Shown: positions 35,860 to 49,269 of the stretch, piece by piece
Position numbering within the stretch: position 1 is the stretch's first letter
Layout: each line of letters starts with the position of its first letter
Assembly: GCA_028023455.1 (NCBI GenBank)
Contig: JAQFVV010000006.1
Location: 20,584,001 to 20,648,000 of the forward strand
DNA: 64,000 nucleotides
From: Epiperipatus broadwayi
Lineage: Eukaryota > Animalia > Onychophora
Reading direction: 5' to 3'
Translations under genes and position numbers: made by a program
Notes under the pieces: model-generated
Seen by the model: the letters and a program-made list of their open reading frames with translations, nothing else
What the model was told of the DNA's origin: nothing
Database searches by the model: none

Positions 35860-36725
35860 AATTTAACAAATTTATTATTATTTATATAAGGCTATAACCT
35901 TAGTACAAGTGCCTTGTGTGCTTAATTTTATTACAAGAGAGACCTCTACAAATCTCAACACAAGATTCAACATTATAAAGATAACAGTGGCCAATTTTCT
36001 TCAACCTACTTTTCTAATTATATAGGCAAATCTAAAGCATTTTAATTTGGGAGTGTGAAGCTAATAAATTCTTCACTGATTAAGTCCATTATTTCTGTTA
36101 CACATTAATGTTTGTGAAATCTTTTGATTTACAAGTCAATATTCAGATCTTAAATTTTGAAATATTTTGAATCAATTTAAAGTTGTAAATATTAATTCTT
36201 GTTGGCCACTGTTATCTTTATAAAGTCGAAACTTGTGTTAAGATTTGTAGAGGTCTCTCTTGTAATAAAATTAAGCACCCAAGGTGCATGTATGTCCTGA
36301 AATTGAGCTTAACAAGAATTAATATTTACAATTTTAAATTGATTCAAAATATTTTGAAATTTAAGATCTGAATATTGACTCGTAAATCGAAAGATTTCCC
36401 AAATGTTAATGTGTAACAGAAATAGTAGACTTAATCAGTGAAGAATTTATTAGCTTCACGCTCCCAAATCAAAATGCCTTAGATTTGAAGAATTTATTAG
36501 CTTCACGCTCCCAAATCAAAATGCCTTAGATTTTCCTATATAATTAGAAAAATAGGTTGAAGATAAGAGTTAGACACTCTTATTTTTATAAAGTCAAATC
36601 TTGTGTTAAGATTTGTAGAGGTATCTCTTGTGATAAAATTAAGCACACAAGGTGCATGTTCTAAGGTTATAGCCTTATATAAATATTATGTGCTTATATT
36701 GTGCTTAACAAGAAGTAATATTTAT
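35860..36725. repeat. About 350-nt LTR/pLTR-like unit present as one + copy and an inverted, partially tandem multimer
   Basis: 35860-36200 recurs inverted at about 36310-36700, with extra partial copies at 36200-36300 and 36700-36725 and an internal duplication of about 45 nt near 36440-36530. A diverged relative lies at 54230-54450. Confidence 0.8.
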
Positions 36726-38099
36726 GAATTTATTATTCTAAATATATAATATTAGTAGCTTGTTAATCTTTCAACTAGCGATTTGCTGATTGATTATCAT
36801 GAATTCAATCAATCTTAATTATGCACATGCAGTTTTTTTATAGTATTGAACTATAATATTGCATTTCTTATCCAATGATTTATTTACTCTGTTAATTCTT
36901 ATTGATTAACTTTACACAACAGTGATTTCTTCATCATATTTTACTGTTCAAAGACTGCTGTTTTGGAAGACTTTACTGCTGGCATTACACTTAGCACTGA
37001 ACTGCTTTCTGGATGTTCTTATTGTTCTGTGACATTTTATATTGTCCGGTTTTTTTTTCCAAATACAATTTGCATAAACAGTTTCATTATTATCTCCGTG
37101 CAAATTAGCAGATCTAGGTTATTTTGATATTTGCATAAATTATTATGCATTTTACTTATTTCTAGAGTAACTATAACTGTCTTTATATTAACTAGTTTTA
37201 CACGCACATACGTGTAATTTTATTTATATTATTACACATTTTAATCAATATATGGCAATAAGAATATTTTATTGCTTAGACACCTGCACTCTGATTAATA
37301 TTTTGAAAAAGGCTAACCTTCTTTATATAAAGAACAAATATAAATTATATTTTATGACCTCAGAAAATTTTCATCAATTAAAAACAACCTTTTCCCAAAT
37401 AATAATAAAGAAAAAATAACAAATGATTTGCATTAAAGAGATTCATTTTTAATTCGACTTCAAGTAACAGTTGTTTTTTTCTCCCCCCCCCCCCAATAAA
37501 AAACAACAACATACTAACATGTAGATGTTAATATCTAAAGAAATTCGTTTTAATTAGTTATCCCTAAGTGTTTTTTTTTCTATGTGCTATATACAGACTG
37601 TATACCCCCCTTCTACCAGTGACAAGTTCTAGCTTTTAAAAAGGACTATTTTAAAATGCATTTTATTTTGTAAATAAGAAATAGACCCCTTTTTCAATTT
37701 ACATATTAACTAAATAAATGGTTTCATAAATTTAGGTAGCTTTCATTTTCTTTTAGGATTTTCATTAAACTTCTGTTACCTAAGTTTAAAATTTTTAATC
37801 CATAACTGATGAAATATTTCCTATGACATTTTGTGCTATAGAATTAAGTGTTTTAAATTAAGGTTCAAAATAATCTTTCTATATTCAGATTTTCTGGGAA
37901 AGCCTCTTTGACAGCTGTTCATAGATTTTTTTTTAACAGTGAATTAATTTAATGGTATTAAGGCTTTGCATTTCCCAGTCAAGCTTATAGAAATCTTTAC
38001 GCTTAGAACTACTTTTATTAGATTTAAATTATTGGCTTAAATTTTAATCATAAAATAAAGTTATATATTTGTTTAAACTTTTTAATCATTTTTTTTTAT

Positions 38100-38560
38100 T
38101 TTTTTAAAAGTAAATAAAATCTTTTCCACCCTCTTTCACTTTTAAACCGTATAAAGAAATTAATGTTTATAGCATTAAACTCACCAGATGGCGTTTTGAA
38201 TATGCAAATAATGTTTTTTGTTTTTTTAATTTTTAATCCTTGTGGATTGAAAAAAAGTATATGCACGAAAATAATCAAAATTCAATATATATAAGTAGGT
38301 TAAGATTACATTTAAGACAATAACTTTATGCCAACTTTTCAAAACTGTAATAAGGTCCAAACTCAGGTGAGTCAAAAAACACGTAGAAGATAACCGTTTA
38401 AACTCACATTCATAACCAACTATTAAAAAATGACAATTCAATAATTTATCAATGATTATTTCATATTTAAATTTTCCCAATATCCGATTGCTAAACATAA
38501 AACTCAACAACCAACAAAAGATATTAATTAACGATCATATTAAATTATAATAAACGTTTA
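38100..38560. promoter_or_regulatory. CpG-retaining promoter-like island with a CTCF-like motif and splice-donor motifs
   Basis: Local CpG retention; TCACCAGATGGCG at about 38181-38193; CAG|GTGAGT near 38367. Confidence 0.35.
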
Positions 38561-38734
38561 TTTTGGCAATAATATATATATGGATGGGAGATAATTAAGC
38601 AAGTTATTGAAAAATCTTTCACAGAAAAAAATTTGTTTCAGAAAAAAATAGACGGCAGCATTCCATGGTGTTAAATAAATACTGTTAAAGCAGTGTGCTA
38701 AGAAGCCATAATCATTTCAGGGTATAAACAAGGC

Positions 38735-39010
38735 AAACCCTCCAGCAGCCGTTAGATCCTAAAATGTAGATGCAGTGCTATCAGATCCAAGGCTTCTCGC
38801 TGACGAAGGCCACAAGTCAAAAATTAGTCTGGGGATATTGGATGAGTAGACACTAGATAGGGATCTTATGCACAAGCCATCTGGCCTTCATTGATTATTC
38901 TGGTTGGCACAGGGTGGCACTACTGTGTGGAGAGTTTTGCCTTGTTTAATAACAATTATGTACTAGTATAAGAGATGATGATCATGTGATGTTTAGTGAC
39001 TTCAGGGTAT
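38735..39010 (+). mobile_element. PLE pLTR family X with decayed hammerhead (38794-38835)
   Basis: TTCTCG-CTGACGA-AGGC-CACAA-GTC-AAAA-ATTAGT-C-TGGGGA; GAAA is degraded, consistent with CpG decay. Confidence 0.75.
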
Positions 39011-39371
39011 ACTGGTGAATAGTGTTATAAAATCTTTTGTGTATATATAAAATGAGTTTCAATACATGAAAAGATGAGTAAATTAAGATGCAATGAAAAT
39101 TAAAAATTGAAAACATAAAAAAGTTGACATTGATACTTTTTGAATAATATTTTTATATTGCAACAAAGCTCTAATCCTATGTTGCAATTTTTGAATACTT
39201 ATTTATAAAAATTGAGCTTTTTGGCATGAACAACCATTAAAAACCATAAAAGAGACTAAAATCAATAGAGAAAAATAAAAATGCCTTTTGTATTTCACAT
39301 AATTTTTAAAAAGTTTATGGATTGCATAAATTCAAATATGAGACCCTTCTATTACATTAAATATGTCACAG

Positions 39372-39650
39372 AGGCAAAACTCTCCATATAATATCACCAC
39401 TCAGTGCAAGTCAAAATAATCCAGTGGATGCAGGAACGTTTGTACATAAAATATCTATCTAGTACCTACTCATCACATATCCCCAGACTAGTTTCTCACA
39501 GTGAGGAGCCTTGGATTTGAGAGCACTGCACCTAGATCTTAGGATTTTAGGCTTGCAGTGAGTAACACTACTGTATGGAGAATTTTGCCTTTGTGAAAAA
39601 CAGCTTATGTAAGCATAAAGAATGGTGATCATGTGATGTTTGATAATTTA
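39372..39650. mobile_element. PLE pLTR family X, inverted arrangement, hammerhead with stem II deleted
   Basis: CCCCAGACTAGTTTCTCACAGTGAGGAGCC at 39481-39510; inverted tail at 39560-39650. Confidence 0.7.
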
Positions 39651-39699
39651 ACATTAGATATTTATATAGATAATTTTATTATAAATATTTATTTATCAG

Positions 39700-40290
39700 T
39701 TTTATTATTGAATGTAATATAGAGAGCATACCAATAGCTCAAACAAGCTCTTATTTATAAGTGTGGTAAGAGAAAATATTTAAAATATCTATCCAGAATT
39801 CTCTTATCCCCAGACCAATTGGTTTCGAGTTTATGGCTCACGTCAGTGAGGAGCTAGAATATTCAGACACTAGATCTAAAATATCAACTCAAAACCCAGC
39901 ACTTATTTAATATGTAACTATTGAGAAGAAACTGAAATTTTCAGATTTAAAAAGTCTTTAATTTCAGCTATTTAACTCAAATAGCAGGACTGAACCAAAT
40001 TCAGATCTACCATATACTAATAGCCCTAGCATCACCAAAGCCTTAAAAGTATAATTATAATAATCAATAAAGCAAGTCACATTGATTGTGACATTGCTTT
40101 ATAAAAACCCATTGGTCTGGTGATAAGAGTATTCTGGATAGAGATTTTAAATATTTTTTCTTACTGCATTTCTATATAAGAGCTTGTTTGAGCTATTGGT
40201 ACGCCCTCTATATTGCATTTTTGCAAATACAAGCTTTTTATAAAGCAATGTCACCAGCTATATGACTTTCTTTATTGATTATTATTGAAT
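39700..40290. mobile_element. Family X-related pLTR with nested inversions; minus-strand hammerhead at 39807-39852
   Basis: Minus strand: TCCTCA-CTGACG-T-GAGC-CATAA-ACTC-GAA-ACCAATTGGT-C-TGGGGA. 39710-39825 is inverted at about 40100-40220. Confidence 0.7.
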
Positions 40291-40967
40291 ATAATAAAGT
40301 AAAATAATAAGCAGTTCTAACTCCAAGTAAAAAAAGAAAGAAAAGGGGGAAAAATAGTCTAGCAATAAGTTTTATAATGATTATGCAAATTAATATGTGA
40401 ATCGCAATTCCTTCTATATAGAGAACATGTTAATTTGTTCTCTGCTTACTTGATATTTGTTGGTGTTGTCTTTTAATTTCTTCAGCAGAAAACTTTCTTT
40501 CTGAAATATCTCCACACCATGTATAATTCTGGCTCATTCTATTCTATTCTCTACCATATCTTCAAATGAAACCAATTGACAATTCACTTTCTTTTAGAAT
40601 TCCTTATAATATAGTCAGGGTATACATCTTACATGAAAACTACACCCAAGTTCACTAATTTTAGGGATTTCAATGAAGATATGATTTTATAATAATAAAG
40701 TATCACATTGAGCAAGTTTGAAAATATATTAATATAATCTTGCCATTGTGTTTTTCAATTTTTAAAAGCAACCTTAAGTAAATTTCTGTATTGCTTTTAC
40801 ATTGCATATATCGGACATCCAAGACATTTTCATACAATAAATTGAGTAAAATAACAGCTCTATATACAGAGTTGCTATATTTATTTTTCATATGTTATAT
40901 ATTTTAATTCATTAATAAAGCAGCTGTTCATTGAAGTAGGTGTACTTTTTTTTTCTCATATTTCAAA

Positions 40968-41038
40968 TGCATTAACTGGGAAGCAAACCCAGGCCAGCTG
41001 CTTGGAAGGCAGCTTTTCTAACCATTGGACACCAATGC
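40968..41038 (-). pseudogene. tRNA-Gly(UCC) pseudogene / SINE head
   Basis: Minus strand: GCATTGG-TG-TCCAATGGTTAGAAAA-GCTGC-CTTCCAA-GCAGC-TGGC-CTGGG-TTTGCTT-CCCAG-TTAATGC-A. The B box is degraded and CpGs have decayed relative to the arthropod tRNA-Gly(TCC) pattern. Confidence 0.8.
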
Positions 41039-41054
41039 TTGACATAGGTATTGT

Positions 41055-41109
41055 AATGTAGACTTTGATGTTAAAGTAGGTATTGTACTTTAACATCAAA
41101 GTCTACATT
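41055..41109. repeat. Perfect 24-bp inverted repeat with a 7-nt loop
   Basis: AATGTAGACTTTGATGTTAAAGTA-GGTATTG-TACTTTAACATCAAAGTCTACATT. Confidence 0.9.
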
Positions 41110-41149
41110 TCTTCTTTAAAAACTATTAAAATATTTAAACTGGTAAACA

Positions 41150-43030
41150 TTCTTAAGTTGATATCCATGCAATCTAAAAGTTGTTCTAACTTTCTTCTGT
41201 CATTGGCTGATAAAAAAAAACTTTAGTTTTTTCAATATTAATTAATAAATTAGTCTTTACATGTTGCATTCAAACATTAAGATCATTCTATAAATTATCT
41301 TTTGAATTGTCAAAACTATAGCACAACCATCAGCATATTAGTTCTTATTTTCATTTTTAATCAATTCAATATTAAAAAGACTTTATTTATATCTGTATCA
41401 TATCTTTATCCCTGTTTGAGTAAGCTGCCTATAATTAATTTCAAAAACTACTGACAAAAAAATTGAAAACAAAGTCGGACCAAGTATATATATCCTCATT
41501 TAACACCAGTTTTTATTCAAATGTCACAGATTTTCCACGTGTAGTTATAATACTTCCTTCATTTTATTGTGTGGAAGCTATGTAATATTAATAAAGTTTG
41601 GTGGACAAACAATTTATTTGAAGCAATGCCATTAACCTGTTTAATGTCTGTGTTCAATTAAAAAAAAGATATATTTTTAACTGAGGTTCAAAATTATATC
41701 TGGGCTAAAGATAATCTCTAGTTTAATAAATAATCAGTGATATTAATGTATTTATCTACAGTGAATCATGCAGAGTTATGGCTGGTGTAATTTTGATACT
41801 TGTAAATAAAAATGTAAGAATTTACTATGGAGAACTAGTAAAAATCATTATTATGAAGATATATGAGTGATATATTATGAACTGGGCCAAGTGATGAGTG
41901 CTGGTTCAGCATGAAATACATCTTAGAGGTCATTTATCTTTTTAGATATTTTTGTGCATGTTTTAAGAATGTGTGGTAAAATAGGAACCATTTGATTAAC
42001 TAAATCAAATGCCTTGACCAAATCAAACAAAGGAACATATAAATTACTTTTTTGCTTCTCATACTTTTCTTGCATTTACCTGGAAACAAAAATTATGTTT
42101 ATAATCTTTCAGCAATCTATAAAACCATAATGAGTCTCCAGTAACTAACTATTTATCTATGACTGGAATTAACATCCCTTCAATACAATCTTTAAAAGTA
42201 CCTTTGCTGTAGTGAATAATATTAACATAACATGATAATTTCTATAGTCTTGTTTATTCTCTTCATATTTAAAAATTAAAACAATAAATGTATCCTTAAG
42301 ATCTGGGGACACAACTTTATGGGTTCATATATTCCTAAAAAAATTTCAATTTTTTGAGCTAACATAGTACCACATTTTAAAACTTTTTCAGGTTTTGCAT
42401 CAGGATTTGTAGTCTTTCCCTTTTTAAGATTACGAAACTTTACTAAGATGGATATTTTTGTTCAAATCTAAATGAGTTGATAAAATGGATATATCATTGA
42501 AAGTCACCATCTCAAATTCTGGAATCATTTTTCAAAAGATGATCAAAATATTCATTCCATCTGTTCAAAATATTATTGGCGATATACGGCAGAACCATTG
42601 TGATACCATTTCTCATATCCATATATTGCTTTCAATGCATCAAAAGTAATCTAAAATGATGATGATGAGTGAATGTCTGTCTTCCTTGAAGCTTTAATCC
42701 ACCAATCATTTTTCAGCCATATTGTCAAGCATTGAACTTCTGCTTCAGATATTTATATATACTATGAAGTTCCATATTTAGTCTATTATTTTGCCAAATA
42801 GAAAATGTCACCTTTTCTTTTGATAAAATCACTAATAATAAGATAATTGTCAGAAAATCCATTCATGATTCTTCTTTTTAGTGAGATGAAAAGTAAGTTT
42901 ATTTGTATCCATAATACACTTCTTAAAACAATTCCATGCTTCAGTAATATGACAATTCTGTAGATCCAAATCAACAATCTTAGTATTTGATAGCTATTAA
43001 GATGTAGTACGTATAGTAGATTCTTCAATG
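41150..43030 (-). mobile_element. Degenerate RTE/BovB-like LINE RT region
   Basis: Minus-strand remnants DALKAIYG, RWNEYFDHLL, KAFDLVN, TGVK.G..LGPTL and YADGCA (YADD motif). Interrupted by a family Y fragment near 41880-41950. Confidence 0.85.
41887..41926 (+). ncRNA. Family Y hammerhead (C3 to G mutated) inserted in the RTE fragment
   Basis: CCAA-GTGATGA-GTGCTG-GTT-CAGCAT-GAA-ATACAT-C-TTAG. Confidence 0.65.
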
Positions 43031-43607
43031 AATGAGTATTATTTTCTTGTGAATATGACTAGAATAATATCTATTTTTAATGAAACTATCATTTTAATCT
43101 TGAAGTATACTAACAAATGATTGGCCCAACAATTGGCACTTCTTAGTGTTCATGTAATATAGACTTGTGTGATATTAGGACTCCTAACTATAAGGAATTT
43201 TATAAATTGTTAATCAATTTTATCATTATATATACATGTTAAATGAAATTAAGTAGACCAAGTACTCTTTTGATGTGTGTGTGTGTGCCCTAATCATGAT
43301 TGTTCTATTAAGGATCTATGAAACACATTTTTGTTAATTTGAATACTGTAATAAAATTTCTCATTGGTTCATTATATATTCATTTTGGGTGAATATGCTT
43401 CATAGATTCTTAATAGAACAACCATGAGAATGATGGAAACATGTCAAAAGTATACTTAGTTTATTTAATTTCATTTTTAACATATTTAATCTCTTTTGCC
43501 ATATTATTAATAATAATGACAGAGAATAAGAATATTATATATATTTCACTTGATGGTTATTCTGTTTTCAACCATTCTAATAACAATTCAGTAGGAATAT
43601 ATATATA

Positions 43608-43889
43608 TATGTCAACAGATGGCGTTCTACCAAAAACACCGTCAAGCATATGTTTACATAAATGTCAGAGCATGCATTCACTATCTCTAACTTTAATTCC
43701 ACTTTCAGATCATGATTTCAAGCTATTTGCTATCATCAGTGAAATTCCTGTCTTTCACTGATGATAGCAAATAGCTTGAAATCATGATCTGAAAGTGGAA
43801 TTAAAGTTAGAAATAGTGAATGCATGCTCTGACGTTTATGTAAACATACGCTTGACGGTGTTTTTGGTAGAACGCCATCTGTTGACATA
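43608..43889. mobile_element. Young fold-back PLE pLTR (arms of about 135 bp) with a hammerhead in each arm
   Basis: Near-perfect inverted repeat. + motif at 43752-43795: CTTTCA-CTGATGA-T-AGC-AAATA-GCT-T-GAA-ATCATGAT-C-TGAAAG. Mirror copy at 43702-43744. Confidence 0.85.
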
Positions 43890-44882
43890 AATACAAGCGT
43901 TAGCAAGTTTTTAACTTGTTTTTTGTTTTTCATATATATATAATTAATGTTATAAATTACTTAATACTTTTTAATCACTTTTTTATATATAAAATATAGG
44001 AAATTTTATTCTGTAATTTGGTTACAACTCATATGATAAGATTAAAAATAGGATACATTAAATGGTATTCAAAGAAGAAAAAAGTTCAATGATGACATAT
44101 CCTGCATTATATAACCTAAGATGACTACAGTGATCCATAGGATTAATGGCAAGGACCTGGGGTTTGGTATCTTGGAGATAGATGACAAAGCTTTTTAATC
44201 ACTTTACTGATAAAATTATATCGAATTTAAACAAATTAAGATGCATTATAAATTATTTATACAAAATAACAAACCATACAAATACAAAGTATACAAAGAA
44301 GAAGATTTTCTGCAATAAATAAATACCAGAACTGAGGATGCAGCATTATAACAATGTTAAAATCACACTGCACTAAGATATTAACATGCCATGTCTAGAA
44401 TGTTTTTGTGATTCATGGATTGCTGTGTAAAATTATCATGAATAAAATAAAACAAAAATTAACAGTCATGCTTTTACAATATTATATAAGTAATTTTTTT
44501 TTCCAAAATGTTTTAACTTCTTCTCACTTATTCAGAGATGTAGAGAATAAAAATTATACGTATGAATTTCCATCAAATAAGCTTTATGTATAGTGTGAAA
44601 ATTAATACAAGAATACTAACAGAGTGAGAGATATACCTGCAATATGGAGCTACATACCAATAACAAAAGACAAAACGAATTCAAGAAAGTATACACATCT
44701 GTATTGCATGAAATAATTTATTTTGAAATAAAATAGGGAAATAAATAAAAACATACTAATGTATTTATCACTCAGACCAGAAAACTAAATTGACATAATT
44801 TAATATTTTGCAAAATAAACAGATAGTGTCAAAATAAAGAGTCATAGATCACATGACCCTATCTCTTAAGCTTGTAAGTTAT

Positions 44883-45130
44883 AAACAATGAGGATTTCAA
44901 ATTCCTCTACAAGCTTTGTGATAAATGCTTAGCCAGAGCCAGCTTAGCTTTGGGTTGGTATTTTTAGATCTAGTGTCTGAACCTACCCTGACACCTCTCT
45001 GAGGAGTGCCAAAGCATGAAACCATGGTCAGGGGTTTGGGAAGGGGTTCGTGACCGAGATATTTTAAGTTCTGGCTCTGGCTAAGCATTTATCACAAAGC
45101 TTGTAGAGGAATTGGCAATCCTCATTGTTT
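44883..45130 (+). mobile_element. Short element with about 60-bp inverted ends enclosing a complete minimal hammerhead
   Basis: 44883-44942 is inverted at 45071-45130. Internal TTTTAGATCTAGTGTCTGAA is shared with the 39.8-kb element. Confidence 0.8.
44994..45034 (+). ncRNA. Minimal type I hammerhead ribozyme, core intact
   Basis: CCTCT-CTGAGGA-GTGC-CAAA-GCAT-GAA-ACCATGGT-C-AGGGG; palindromic stem III and UC cleavage site. Confidence 0.85.
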
Positions 45131-48100
45131 AAACAGATAGTGTGTTTCATTTATAAAAAACTGAAAAAGAATGAGCAGATTGTTTTTTAGAATTTAATTT
45201 ATAATCTTTTTTCTTTAATTTATATGCAATGATTTGTTATTATTAAATAAAAGCAATTCTATTTTTCATATACTTACTTAATGCAAATAAACAGTAGTAA
45301 AAACAATGTTACCCTGAATAAGGGTATAAGAAAGAGGATATAATTTATTTTACACCTTTATCCTCAGTTAGCACTGGATCTTTATGTAGGGATTTGTCAT
45401 AGTGATCATCATCAATTTGTATCCATTATTTTGAATTACAAATGATTATTTGCTATTATGATCTTTAAAAAAGCTAAAAACTTTTCAAAAAAATATCTGA
45501 CATTTTTTCAAGATGGTGATCAGAAAAAGATGTGTGAATCTGATGTTGCCATAGGATAGTGATTTCACAAAAGCTACATCTTCCAAAAAAAATGGTGGCA
45601 TTCATGCTAAAATTCTACAGCAGAGTTTATTTATTATACAATATATAATGTTGTTTTGATTTAATTTTCATTTAATGACTTTACAAAACAAACATTCAGT
45701 GCATTCATTTAAGACATATTCAAAGTAAAGAAGATTTTCAACTTTAATGGCAACAAAATCATTCAGCATAATAAGTAACATGCCATACTTTGACTATATA
45801 TAACAACAGTGTCTTAATATTTAATTCTAAAATGTGTATATTAGCTAGTGAATATTCATTTAATTAATTTTATGGATTAAATTTACAAACATTATTTTAC
45901 CTTTTGAGAAAAAAAAATTATACACTGTGCAGCTAATAATCAACTTTGTATGATTAAAGGTTACAATAATAGCCATTTTTGTCATCAATATAGATTGGCA
46001 AAAATATAAAAATAAAATTTTATCATTTACAGGCTTCTTGCTGGTTCTGCAGCACCACCTGGTGACTTGTCCAGTGTGACAAAAAAGTACCAATAAAAAT
46101 ACATAGTTTAAAAAAAAATTAACAGCACTGCAAAAGGAAAAAAAAGTTTTATTGGTTAGAAATTATAAAAATAAACAAATTTAATAATTGAATAAAGTGC
46201 ATGAAAAATAAATTTTGAAGTGTACATTGTGTTAAGTTTCTTTATTTTATTTAATTTTAAAATGTATATTTTGGTTAGTCTTTTTTTGTATGTGTGCTTT
46301 ATTTTAATTTAATGAAGTGTGATTCAAAAAATTCCATTCTGCACTTGCATAAAAAGCAAATTGGTGATCAACAATGGAAAAATTAAAATTAAAATTATAG
46401 CTACCTAAATCTTTTTAAATAGTATATTTACCTACAGGTTGGTATTTTTATTAATGATATATTAAATAAAATGTTTACTCATTAATTAACACTTTTTTTA
46501 ATCTAAGCAGTTTTTTTAATCGACTTTTTAATATACATATTTTGAATTTAAAGCAATGAATTAATTTTGTCCCCATAAAAACTCATTCTAATTTGTGTTT
46601 TATATGAGATTTTACTTTATGAGGCAGTTTAAATGACTCATCACCAGTGATAACCAGGATAAGGGTGTATTAGAATTTAATTTTATGTTTTTTTTATATT
46701 ACATAAAAATAATTTATTGAGCAAAGTAACAAAATCCATGTCCATAAATACAGTAAATAAAACCTGGAAATAATATGTCTAGCAATCAAATTATTATAGA
46801 ATTTTTTATATTTTGTGAAAAAATAAAAACATAATTTTATTTAAAGAAAATTGTCAGTAATGTACATTATAGCAGCTTAAAAATAATCTATGGCAGTAAA
46901 TGTAATAAATAAAAATATAATAATAATATATTTAAAAGCTAATGCCAAATAAATATAAATAACATAGTAATTAGCACAACAATACAAAAAGAAAAAGAAA
47001 AAAATTGATGACAATGATTTTCATTTTCTAATAAATGAAATATGATTTTTATTTATTATGCAAAATATAAAACAAGATTTATTTATTCCGAATCGATTAG
47101 TTTAAGTACATTAATTTTATGTTTTAATTTGTAATAATGCCATTGTTTTTATATCTTCATTAAATAATTATTTTCATATAGTATAAATATATACATTTTA
47201 TTTTTTATTGACTAGTTTTTTTTTATCATTAATATGTGGCTCCACATAGTGAGTGGACTGCACACTGCCATTATCAATAGGAATATATAATGTAGATTTG
47301 CATAATGATAAAACAGCAGATTTAAAAACGAAGTATTCATGATTCTTTCTCAACTGAGAAAAATGCTTTAAAAAAATCAACAGTTTACTGAATTGAGTCC
47401 CTTTTTACACTCAACATCATGTGACCTTCTAAGCAACAAACAAAATTATTTGTTAATACAAAAATCAACTGAAGTGCTTGACTTTTTAAATATAATTTTA
47501 GGGGGGAAAAATGAAACCATTGCTTTCAAAAATTATCAATTTAAAAACTCAGAAAGTCTTTAAATACATAGTTAAAATTGCCCCCAAAGACCACTGTTTT
47601 ACATCCTTAAGTCTTCTCTGAATTGTTTTTCCCCCCAGATGCTGCATTTTGAAATCGTATTTCATTGAAAAAGTACTAAAATTTTTCTCTATTTGATGGA
47701 TACAAGGTGCAACAGAACAAGGGAATTTTCGATTTATTTCACAAATTAACTGGAAAAAATGTTGTAATAGCTATGATGTCTTAAAGGAATTGGAACTACC
47801 AAGAAAAGTAGAACATGTTTTTTAAAACTCTCTTTTATATAAATTAATTTCAAAAGCAAACTAAATACAAAAGATAATATTAATTATTATAAAAAAAAAA
47901 GAGAGAGAAAAAACGTATGTATTTGATTTTTTTTCAGTTTTCAGATTACCAATATGTATGTGTGTTTTGTTTTATGTTCAAACCATATTATTCAAAAAAG
48001 CTTAAAAGAGTTTGCTAAGTTTAACAAAAATGGCTAAAATTAGTTAATGCTTAAAAATTTATTTAAATAAGTAATTGTTATTTATTATTAATTCTTATAG

Positions 48101-49269
48101 ATAATCCTGTATAGTTTAGGGTGGCAATCTCTGTAGTTCAAGATCATAGGTTGCAATCCGATTCTGTCACTTCCGGTATTCAATCTTCTTATGGAATGCC
48201 CAAACAGTAAACCATTAAATTATTTTCCATTTATATTTATACATAAGTTACATTTAATGAATAAGAAGTTATATTCAGTGTCCCTGTGTGTATATATATA
48301 ATTATATGAAAAATCAGATAAATCTTTAATATTATTCACGAATTAGTTTTAAAAAGATGAAAATCAACAAAATATTCACTTTCTTATGCTTCTTTAAATA
48401 TATTTAGAAATCTCAGCCATGAAATCAAATTTAATCATTTATAAAAGCCATAACTATTTTAAATGTCATTTTGTGTAATCAAAGGTTATTGGAATTAATG
48501 TATAGATTGAAAATTGAGAATTAGGAAATTGATTTTTGTTTGTTTATAAGGTAAAGAATTTATTTGTTTGTTTGTTTTATTTTAATAATTGACATATGCT
48601 AAGTCAAGAGTTAAACTTCAATTTATAATAAAAACTAAAAATGTTTAAAAATATCAAAAAGTGCGGTTTTAATTTTTTTTTTTATTCAGTTTATTAATTA
48701 TAAGAATCATTCACTAAATACTCGTTGAAAAACAAATAGCACTTAATAAATAAGATTTTTTTTAAAAATTCAGGTAGCACAAATTATCTTGTGGTAGGAC
48801 AGAGAATATATATAAGACAAGAAGTAACGCCAGTTTAGTTACTCCAACTTTAGTTTTCCCAGTCAATTTCAGTTACTAGCTGTCAGTGTTTGAAGATATT
48901 AACTTCTAGAAAACTAGCAGAAGTTTTTTTAAGAAAAAGAATTTAGCATTGAATTTAGTAGAAAAGTAAAACTAGACCAGTGTTAAAAATTAAAGTTATC
49001 ATTATTGTTTTAAAAATTACAAACAGGATCAAATTATTCATCATTGATATGAATTATAGTTGAGTCTTCATGACTTTCTAGAAATATCGCAACTGGGAAA
49101 GAACTGTAAGCATGATATATTTTGTTCTACAAGAGAAAATGTTTTTCTGAACTGTTAGTTTGTTTATCGACCAAACAGTTATAAACAAATAAAAATTGAC
49201 CCATTAGATTAAAATAACAATGGCGTCATGAGAAAATTAAACTTAAAAATAAAATAAAATAAAGATATG

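Noticed and set aside
36025-36130. Hammerhead in the 35.9-kb repeat (CTGATTA...GAAATC)
   Set aside because: G8 is T in all copies without a compensating change at position 3, and stems I and II do not pair.
37040-38215. Cluster of octamer ATGCAAAT/ATTTGCAT motifs
   Set aside because: Several occurrences are expected by chance in sequence this AT-rich.
43441-43933. ORFs 43441-43761 (+) and 43736-43933 (-) with similar peptides
   Set aside because: Mirror translations of the non-coding fold-back pLTR.
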